From positions 1,426,001 through 1,490,000 of the forward strand of contig JAUFOQ010000003.1 of assembly GCA_040285855.1 (NCBI GenBank): a stretch of DNA of 64,000 bases, written 5' to 3'. Of this stretch, positions 51,047 through 61,482 are shown one piece after another. Under the pieces are notes generated by a model. It did no database searches. It saw only the letters and a list, made by a program, of their open reading frames with translations, and was not told the DNA's origin. Position 1 is the first letter of the stretch; the number at the start of each line of letters is the position of its first letter. The translations under genes were made by a program, and so were the position numbers. The DNA comes from Eukaryota sp. GEM-RC1. Taxonomy: Eukaryota.

Positions 51047-54000
51047 TTATTCAGGAAAAGTTACTCATCTGCTTCGCTCTCTACCCCCTGTACTTACCTA
51101 TAACTTCTGTAGAAGCTTTAACAAAATTCGTACTGACTTTCTTGCATTTTTGTTGTCTGTGGATCCTCCTGCTTTGAACAATCACATCTTCTCAGATCCT
51201 CATCTTCGTGGTGTTGGTTTCACTTCGTCTAAATGGTGGACCAAATCTGCTTTCATTGGTGGTGGTAAGAATTTTGTCTTTGAGTTCTGTAGACGTTACC
51301 CAAGTCTAGAAAATCTTCTTCTTTCGACAAGTAGTTTTATCTTGGTAAATTTGAGACCAGAATTGTCGCTAATTTCACCTGCCCTCTGGCAAACGTGTTT
51401 TCCACCAGATATTTGTGAAATACCAGAACGATGTGTCACCTCGTTAAAATATGCTCTTAAGAAACTCCAAAAACACCTTTTAAAACATTTTGAATGTCTG
51501 GATTTTAAAATTCGACTTGGCTCGACCAAAGAAAAAAAATCCAGCGTTCGCAAATTATTTAATTGATTTGAATGATCAGTTGCTTTGATTAACCAAATTC
51601 CTCAGATTTATGGTTTGTTGTTGAATGATCATCAATGGACTACTACTTTCAGACTTCGATGTTTCTTGTGGCCCTCTAATTTACCCAATGATCTTCAATG
51701 TAAATGTGGTAAATTAGTTACTTTTTCTCACCTTTTGAGTTGTAATCGTTTCATTACTTATAGAACTTGTATTCATGATGCTGTCAGAGATCAAATTCAT
51801 GCCATGTGTAATTCCTACAAAATCGAATCTTTTGTTGAGCCACTGTTGAGATCACTGGAAATCAATAATTTAAAAAATAGTAATTCTGATAGGACTTTTG
51901 GTAAAAGAAGAGCTGATGTCTCAGTTCCATCAATCAATGATGAACTAACCGTTGTTGATGTGATTACTGTGGATGTTTGCAAAAGAGTGTATTCAAGGAT
52001 GCTAAAAATGAAGTTTCTCCACTGAATTCTAGAACAGCACAAGAGAAACAAATATGATGAACCATTGACTGCTCTCAAACATATTAGACATGTTGAGTAC
52101 AAATTATGTCCTTTGCAATTTCAATTTATGGTCGACTTGGTAGAGATGCTCTTTGTTTTCTCTCTGATTTTGAGAAAGTGGTCAAACAAAGAATGAACAA
52201 GAAATTTGATTTCAAATTTTGGTTGGATCGTATTGTTTTTACAATATTTAAAACAATTTCTATCATGATTTCAATGCTCTATTAGCTCTCAGTGTTTTTT
52301 ATGAAGAAAAAGCTGATGTGAGTTTTGATGGCAATGATTGTTGCTTCAATGATATTGAGTTCTAGTATTTGTGTCTATTTTAGTGTTTTTGTTCCATAAA
52401 TATGCAATTGGAAAAAAATCGACTTTTCCAAAATCTAGGATCAAAAGTCCTAGATGTTTTTTCTTTACAATTTTCACAAAGATTTCAAGTAATGATGTTG
52501 CAGATTCACCTAAAGAATAGTGAAAATACAAAAGGGTACAACAAGTAATTCGAGTGTGAAGCCGAATTCAATAAATTCAATTTAGCACACTATTTTTTCT
52601 TTTTTTAAATTTTTCACCAATCAATAGAGGGTTTTTAGCATTAGATTTAGCAGGTTTCTTGTTGGAACCATTACAAACATCGATAGACATAACATCAGCA
52701 ATAATGAAAGAAAGTTCTGAAACTTTTTGTAACTTTTTTGTATGTGACAGAAGTCAATATTCTTCTAGAACAAGTGATCTTCTTCGACAAGGCCAAGTAC
52801 TGGTGAAGAAGATGGTTTGTGACTATTTCTCTGCTTCGTTTCTCTCGTGGTCACTCCTTTGACATCGAGAGCAGTACGGTACCTAAACGACAATTTTATT
52901 TCATATGAACGTCTTTGTAAGAGAACAATGAGAGTTAAGGTGAGAATAGAAATTAAGGGACATGCTTTAAATTTGGAGGGGGCATGCATAATAATTCTCT
53001 AAGACATTTACAAAAGCGGGATTTTTTTCTTTGAGTATTAGTTTAACAATTAATTTTGATAAGTTTTCTTGTTGTTAAGTCTTCGAATGTTTCTAATCTT
53101 GGTTTTTGTAATATTCCTATCAACGATTATTCTACTCAATGTTTTCGTTTTCTTGGCACATTTTTGGGAAATTATGGGTAACGTCATTCAGAATTGGAGA
53201 GTTCATTGACTACCATTGAAGGAAAACTAAATCAAATATTATCTTTAGATCTGAGTACACATGTTTCTTTTGCTATGCTCCAGGTCTGTTTTGCCGGGAA
53301 AATTAATCACTTTTTACGTTCATTAGATTCCATTACTGAAACATTTGCCAAGAAATATAATTCTATTAGAACAAATTTTGTCTCTAACTTGGCTGAAATT
53401 GATGAGACTAAGAATCCAGTTCATGCTTTTTATTCATCTGAATTCGTAGGGATAGGTTTCACCCATGCCAAAATCATCAGAAAATCTGCTCTTTTAGGAG
53501 GTGTTCAGAATTTTATGTTTGAATTTTTGCAACAGTTTTCCTCGGATGGAATCAACCTGTTGAATTCCAGTAATTGTCGATGGATTCAATCTGCTAAATA
53601 TTTGGTATCATCTTTGTCTCCTGAAATGTGGGAAACTTTGTTCCCTGCTCACTTAAAGGAGACTCATTTAACAAATATTTCATCTCTACCGTCTGGTGTA
53701 TGTAAACTGCAAAATATATTGACAAATGAGTTTGAACTCTTGGGCTTTAATATTCGTATTAGTTTTTTTTACACTCTTTTATTTTATTATAAATGTAATA
53801 GATCAAACAACTAAAATTTGATATCATTAAAACAACACCGGTCGCTATCAAACCTTACAACAGCTTTGTCCTCATAAAAGGAGCTCACTGCTAATACAGC
53901 TTTGGAGCTGATTAAGGGAATTGTTTTAAAAACAGTAAAAACGATCCGATTCAACCATAACATATGATCAAAACGTTTGTTCATCCTATTTTTAACGATT

Positions 54001-57000
54001 TTTTCGCAATCGTTTAAAAAATTCAATGCTGTTTCCTAAACGTCCTTAAATTGAAACACAAAAAGGGCATAATTCGTATTCAACATGTTTTACGTGTTTT
54101 AAAACTATTAATGGTTTCTTGTACTTATCCTGCTTGGCTTGTTCAGAAATGTCTAAAGGGGAAGTTTCAGAGTAAGCATTCTTTAAAGATGTCTTTTACA
54201 AACATCCACTGACACTACATCAACAACAAACAATTTGTCTGAAGAAGAAGGACAACAACATCTGCTCTCCGTTTACCAAAAAATTGGTTCTGTTTTTCAA
54301 TATTACATTTGTTACTTGGTTCTAAAGATCTTAAAAGTGGTTCAACGATCGCATTAGCTTGGCTAAAACTAATAGTCCCGAGTTCGCTGCTTTTTTAATT
54401 GACCTTTGTAATAGTGGGACCTTTTGGATTTATTTATCAAATTCTTAAGGTGTTTGGATTACATCTATCTGATGAAGCTTGGATGATCAATATGCGTCTT
54501 CGTTTGGCCAAAAATACGTTTAATTCAGTTAGTCGTAAGTCTTTTTTTGCTGCTATTGTAAAAGACTTTCCTGAGTTGTGATCCTACTTCTATTTTTTTT
54601 TATGGAAAACCAAGCGATTTAGTTTATGATTCATATTCATTGAAATCTATGTCTGGAGTTAAACAAGGAGATCCTGATGGCCTCTTTTCTTTTGTTTCGC
54701 TATCCATGATTCGCTTTTGTGTATTTGAAAAAAATACCCAGACCTTAAAATAGTTGGCTATATTGATGTCATTTTTTTATTGCTCCTATGTCAACTCTTC
54801 GTATTATTGCGAATCAGGCTGCTGATTTGTACGATGCAATTGGACTTCAATTAAATGTGCAAAAATGTTTTTGATTGCCAAGGTACCTGTAACTTCAATT
54901 GTTAATTCTTTAGAGGTTCCCTTTGTGAACTACTTATCTTCAAGCTTTAGATTTCTAGGTTGCTATCTTGGTTCACATGACAACATTGTTAAAGATCTGA
55001 ATGTATATTTGGATTCAATGCGAAAAGAATTAGATCAAATTAAGGAATTGCAATTGGAAAAACATGTCAAATTCTTCATGCTAAAAATTTGTTATTCAGG
55101 AAAAGTTACTCATCTGCTTCGCTCTCTACCCCCTGTACTTACCTATAACTTCTGTAGAAGCTTTAACAAAATTCGTACTGACTTTCTTGCATTTTTGTTA
55201 TCAGTGGATCCTCCTGCTTTGAACAATCACATCTTCTCAGATCCTCCCTCTTGGTGGTATTGGTTTCACTTCGTCTAAATGGTGGACCAAATCTGCTTTC
55301 ATTGGTGGTGGTAAGAATTTTGTCTTTGAGTTCTGTAGACGTTACCCAAGTCAAGAAAATCTTCTTCTTTCGACAAGTAGTTTTATCTTGGTAAATTTGA
55401 GACCAGAATTGTCGCTAATTTCACCTGACCTCTGGCAAACTTGTTTTCCAGCAGATATTTGTGAAATACCAGAACGATGTGTCACCTCGTTAAAATCTGC
55501 TCTTAAGAAACTCCAAAAACACCTTTTAAAACATTTTGAATGTCTGGATTTTAAAATTCGACTTGGCCCGACCAAAGAAAAAAAATCCAGCGTTCGCAAA
55601 TTATTTAATTGATTTCAAGGATCAGTTGCTTTGATTAACCAAATTCCTCAGATTTATGGTTTGTTGTTGAATGATCATCAATAGACGATAACATTCAGAC
55701 TTCGATGTTTCTTGTGGCCCTCTAATTTAACCAATGATCTTCAATGTAAATGTGCTAAATTAGTTACTTTTTATCACCTTTTGAGTTGTAATCGTTTCAT
55801 TACTTATAGAACTTGTATTCATGATGCTGTCAGAGATCAAATTCATGCCATGTGTAAATCCTACAAAATCGAATCTTTTGTTGAGCCACTGTTGAGATCA
55901 CTGGAAATCAATAATTTAAAAAATAGTAATTCTGATAGGACTTTTGGTAAAAGAAGAGCTGATGTCTCAGTTCCATCAATCAATGATGAACTAACCGTTG
56001 TTGATGTGATTATTGTGGATGTTTGCAAGAAAAGTGCATTCAAGGATGCTAAAAATGAAGTTTCTCCACTGAATTCTAGAACAGCACAAGAGAAACAAAT
56101 ATGATGAACCATTGACTGCTCTCAAACATATTAGACATGTTGAGTACAAATTATGTCCTTTGCAATTTCAATTTATGGTCGACTTGGTAGAGATGCTCTT
56201 TGTTTTCTCTCTGATTTTGAGAAAGTGGTCAAACAAAGAATGAACAAGAAATTTGATTTCAAATTTTGGTTGGATCGTATTGTTTTTACAATATTTAAAA
56301 CAATTTCTATCATGATTTCAAAGCTCTATTAGCTCTCAGTGTTTTTTATGAAGAAAAAGCTGATGTGAGTTTTGATGGCAATGATTGTTGCTTCAATGAT
56401 ATTGAGTTCTAGTATTTGTGTCTATTTTAGTGTTTTTGTTCCATAAATATGCAATTGGAAAAAAATCGACTTTTCCAAAATCTAGGATCAAAAGTCCTAG
56501 ATGTTTTTTCTTTTACAATTTTCACAAAGATTTCAAGTAATGATGTTGCAGATTCACCTAAAGAATAGTGAAAATACAAAAGGGTACAACAAGTAATTCG
56601 AGTGTGAAGCCGAATTCAATAAATTCAATTTAGCACACTATTTTTTCTTTTTTTTAAATTTTTCACCAATCAATAGAGGGTTTTTAGCATTAGATTTAGC
56701 AGGTTTCTTGTTGGAACCATTACAAACATCGATAGACATAACATCAGCAATAATGAAAGAAAGTTCTGAAACTTTTTGTAACTTTTTTGTATGTGACAGA
56801 AGTCAATATTCTTCTAGAACAAGTGATCTTCTTCGACAAGGCCAAGTACTGGTGAAGAAGATGGTTTGTGACTATTTCTCTGCTTCGTTTCTCTCGTGGT
56901 CACTCCTTTGACATCGAGAGCAGTACGGTACCTAAACGACAATTTTATTTCATATGAACGTCTTTGTAAGAGAACAATGAGAGTTAAGGTGAGAATAGAA

Positions 57001-60000
57001 ATTAAGGGACATGCTTTAAATTTGGAGGGGGCATGCATAATAATTCTCTAAGACATTTACAAAAGCGGGATTTTTTTCTTTGAGTATTAGTTTAACAATT
57101 AATTTTGATAAGTTTTCTTGTTGTTAAGTCTTCGAATGTTTCTAATCTTGGTTTTTGTAATATTCCTATCAACGATTATTCTACTCAATGTTTTCGTTTT
57201 CTTGGCACATTTTTGGGAAATTATGGGTAACGTCATTCAGAATTGGAGAGTTCATTGACTACCATTGAAGGAAAACTAAATCAAATATTATCTTTAGATC
57301 TGAGTACACATGTTTCTTTTGCTATGCTCCAGGTCTGTTTTGCCGGGAAAATTAATCACTTTTTACGTTCATTAGATTCCATTACTGAAACATTTGCCAA
57401 GAAATATAATTCTATTAGAACAAATTTTGTCTCTAACTTGGCTGAAATTGATGAGACTAAGAATCCAGTTCATGCTTTTTATTCATCTGAATTCGTAGGG
57501 ATAGGTTTCACCCATGCCAAAATCATCAGAGAATCTGCTCTTTTAGGAGGTGTTCAGAATTTTATGTTTGAATTTTTGCAACAGTTTTCCTCGGATGGAA
57601 TCAACCTGTTGAATTCCAGTAATTGTCGATGGATTCAATCTGCTAAATATTTGGTATCATCTTTGTCTCCTGAAATGTGGGAAACTTTGTTCCCTGCTCA
57701 CTTAAAGGAGACTCATTTAACAAATATTTCATCTCTACCGTCTGGTGTATGTAAACTGCAAAATATATTGACAAATGAGTTTGAACTCTTGGGCTTTAAT
57801 ATTCGTATTAGTTTTTTTTACACTCTTTTATTTTATTATAAATGTAATAGATCAAACAACTAAAATTTGATATCATTAAAACAACACCGGTCGCTATCAA
57901 ACCTTACAACAGCTTTGTCCTCATAAAAGGAGCTCACTGCTAATACAGCTTTGGAGCTGATTAAGGGAATTGTTTTAAAAACAGTAAAAACGATCCGATT
58001 CAACCATAACATATGATCAAAACGTTTGTTCATCCTATTTTTAACGATTTTTTCGCAATCGTTTAAAAAATTCAATGCTGTTTCCTAAACGTCCTTAAAT
58101 TGAAACACAAAAGGGCATAATTCGTATTCAACATGTTTTACGTGTTTTAAAACTATTAATGGTTTCTTGTACTTATCCTGCTTGGCTTGTTCAGAAATGT
58201 CTAAAGGGGAAGTTTCAGAGTAAGCATTCTTTAAAGATGTCTTTTACAAACATCCACTGACACTACATCAACAACAAACAATTTGTCTGAAGAAGAAGGA
58301 CAACAACATCTGCTCTCCGTTTACCAAAAAATTGGTTCTGTTTTTCAATATTACATTTGTTACTTGGTTCTAAAGATCTTAAAAGTGGTTCAACGATCGC
58401 ATTAGCTTGGCTAAAACTAATAGTCCCGAGTTCGCTGCTTTTTTAATTGACCTTTGTAATAGTGGGACCTTTTGGATTTATTTATCAAATTCTTAAGGTG
58501 TTTGGATTACATCTATCTGATGAAGCTTGGATGATCAATATGCGTCTTCGTTTGGCCAAAAATACGTTTAATTCAGTTAGTCGTAAGTCTTTTTTTTGCT
58601 GCTATTGTAAAAGACTTTCCTGAGTTGTGATCCTACTTCTATTTTTTTTTATGGAAAACCAAGCGATTTAGTTTATGATTCATATTCATTGAAATCTATG
58701 TCTGGAGTTAAACAAGGAGATCCTGATGGCCTCTTTTCTTTTGTTTCGCTATCCATGATTCGCTTTTGTGTATTTGAAAAAAATACCCAGACCTTAAAAT
58801 AGTTGGCTATATTGATGTCATTTTTTTTATTGCTCCTATGTCAACTCTTCGTATTATTGCGAATCAGGCTGCTGATTTGTACGATGCAATTGGACTTCAA
58901 TTAAATGTGCAAAAATGTTTTTGATTGCCAAGGTACCTGTAACTTCAATTGTTAATTCTTTAGAGGTTCCCTTTGTGAACTACTTATCTTCAAGCTTTAG
59001 ATTTCTAGGTTGCTATCTTGGTTCACATGACAACATTGTTAAAGATCTGAATGTATATTTGGATTCAATGCGAAAAGAATTAGATCAAATTAAGGAATTG
59101 CAATTGGAAAAACATGTCAAATTCTTCATGCTAAAAATTTGTTATTCAGGAAAAGTTACTCATCTGCTTCGCTCTCTACCCCCTGTACTTACCTATAACT
59201 TCTGTAGAAGCTTTAACAAAATTCGTACTGACTTTCTTGCATTTTTTGTTATCAGTGGATCCTCCTGCTTTGAACAATCACATCTTCTCAGATCCTCCTC
59301 TTGGTGGTATTGGTTTCACTTCGTCTAAATGGTGGACCAAATCTGCTTTCATTGGTGGTGGTAAGAATTTTGTCTTTGAGTTCTGTAGACGTTACCCAAG
59401 TCAAGAAAATCTTCTTCTTTCGACAAGTAGTTTTATCTTGGTAAATTTGAGACCAGAATTGTCGCTAATTTCACCTGACCTCTGGCAAACTTGTTTTCCA
59501 GCAGATATTTGTGAAATACCAGAACGATGTGTCACCTCGTTAAAATCTGCTCTTAAGAAACTCCAAAAACACCTTTTAAAACATTTTGAATGTCTGGATT
59601 TTAAAATTCGACTTGGCCCGACCAAAGAAAAAAAATCCAGCGTTCGCAAATTATTTAATTGATTTCAAGGATCAGTTGCTTTGATTAACCAAATTCCTCA
59701 GATTTATGGTTTGTTGTTGAATGATCATCAATAGACGATAACATTCAGACTTCGATGTTTCTTGTGGCCCTCTAATTTAACCAATGATCTTCAATGTAAA
59801 TGTGCTAAATTAGTTACTTTTTATCACCTTTTGAGTTGTAATCGTTTCATTACTTATAGAACTTGTATTCATGATGCTGTCAGAGATCAAATTCATGCCA
59901 TGTGTAAATCCTACAAAATCGAATCTTTTGTTGAGCCACTGTTGAGATCACTGGAAATCAATAATTTAAAAAATAGTAATTCTGATAGGACTTTTGGTAA

Positions 60001-60540
60001 AAGAAGAGCTGATGTCTCAGTTCCATCAATCAATGATGAACTAACCGTTGTTGATGTGATTATTGTGGATGTTTGCAAGAAAAGTGCATTCAAGGATGCT
60101 AAAAATGAAGTTTCTCCACTGAATTCTAGAACAGCACAAGAGAAACAAATATGATGAACCATTGACTGCTCTCAAACATATTAGACATGTTGAGTACAAA
60201 TTATGTCCTTTTGCAATTTCAATTTATGGTCGACTTGGTAGCAGAGTGAGCAAACACGTGTTGACACGCTACCAAAATCCTTAACACCGCGTGTTTGCTC
60301 ACTCTGCTTGGTAGAAATGCTCTTTGTTTTCTCTCTGATTTTGATAAAGTGGTCAAAAAAAGAATGAACAAGAAATTTGATTTCAAATTTTGGTTGAATC
60401 GTATTGTTTTTACAATATTTAAAACAATTCCCATCATGATTTCAAAAGCTCTATTAGCTCTCAGTGTTTTTTAAGACGAAAAAGCTGATGTGATTTTCAA
60501 TGACAATGATTGTTGCTTTAATGTTATTGAGTTCTAGTAT
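51047..60540 (+). repeat. Right arm of the ~9.5 kb inverted repeat (4.05 kb units at about 52392-56438 and 56439-60540)
   Basis: All left-arm ORF fragments appear in reverse-complement order, with period 4047-4050 bp. Confidence 0.9.
60242..60306. mobile_element. 65 bp hAT-type MITE (copy 7, reverse orientation)
   Basis: Same TIRs; TSD CTTGGTAG at 60234-60241 and 60307-60314. Confidence 0.93.
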
Positions 60541-60569
60541 TTTTTTCTTTGAATATTCGTACATTTATT

Positions 60570-60748
60570 CGAAAATAAAAAAAGAAAGATGATCTAATAC
60601 TCAATGTCATCAAAACAAGATTCCTTCGAATCGAACCTTGTTGAAGCTTTGTCTTCATAAAACACACTTAGGGATAACAGAGCTTTTGAAATCATTGTGG
60701 GAACTGCCTTTAGAATCGTAAAGACAATTCGGTTCTGCCAAAAAGAAC
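60570..60748 (-). pseudogene. Extreme 3' fragment of another RLE variant
   Basis: FWQNRIVFTILKAVPTMISKALLSLSVFYEDKASTRFDSKESCFDDIEY* is homologous to, but distinct from, the family A and B C-termini. Confidence 0.8.
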
Positions 60749-60773
60749 GTGTTGACAGGTGTTCGAATTTTTC

Positions 60774-61451
60774 CAGTGTTGTACCATGACGGCCATAACT
60801 GACATGCGTCCATAGGCGCATGACATTTTCTGATTATGACCGTGTTGTTATTCCAACAATGACACTGAACTAAATGAGTATGTACAGTAGTTCTATGATA
60901 CGTATACTTAAAGAATGTTATTTATTAAACCTATTTAAAGAACTCTAATAATCAGAATCGCTGTCCATGCTGTGTTCTGTCCATCGTTGTTTCATAAGAC
61001 CAGCTTGTTTCTGTAATTTGGAATTAAAGTGCACATACACTAACTTCCCAGCTCTTTTGGTTGTGAGCCGGTTCCTTCTGTTTGAGTGAATAAAAGAATA
61101 GGAACTCCAAACCCTTTCACATGCTCCTGCTGAACATACTTGTGAGATTTACTTAATGGCAAGCTTCTTGACTACACAGGCTGCTGTACCATTTGATTTC
61201 CACCATGTAACAGGAGTAAGAGAATCATCAAAATCAAAACTCGATTCAAATTGATTGTGAAATGAATTGTATGAGAACGGATTTGCAATCACAAACCAAT
61301 AATGCAAACTGGGATACTAGTATATCGATATGTGTTCATTTACGTAATATCTACTAAATATTGCCAATGCGTCATGCGTATTTTCGCGCCAAGCGTCCGA
61401 AAGCCATAACCCGCGCATGGCATTTGAAAATTCGGTTATGGCATAACACTG
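60774..61451 (-). mobile_element. 678 bp non-autonomous hAT transposon
   Basis: Imperfect TIRs CAGTGTTGTACCATGACGG versus CAGTGTTATGCCATAACCG (15/19). Perfect 8 bp TSD AATTTTTC (60766-60773 and 61452-61459). Shared subterminal motifs GCCATAAC, GCGCATG and ATGCGT, plus an internal transposase remnant. Confidence 0.92.
60945..61230 (-). pseudogene. hAT transposase C-terminal dimerisation domain remnant (absent from the ORF track)
   Basis: Manual translation gives TPVTWWKSNG-KKLAIK*ISQVCSAGACERVWSSYSFIHSNRRNRLTTKRAGKLVYVHFN, with an in-frame stop at 61149-61151. Confidence 0.88.
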
Positions 61452-61482
61452 AATTTTTCACTGAAAAACTTATCTTTGTCAC

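Noticed and set aside
398..60162. Dozens of short recurring ORFs (MVHDICF..., MYSTCL..., MFLLCC..., MTHRSG..., MRTLDF...)
   Set aside because: They are antisense shadows of the retrotransposon ORF, mostly with TTG/GTG starts, variable ends and no motifs. They recur only because the DNA is repeated.
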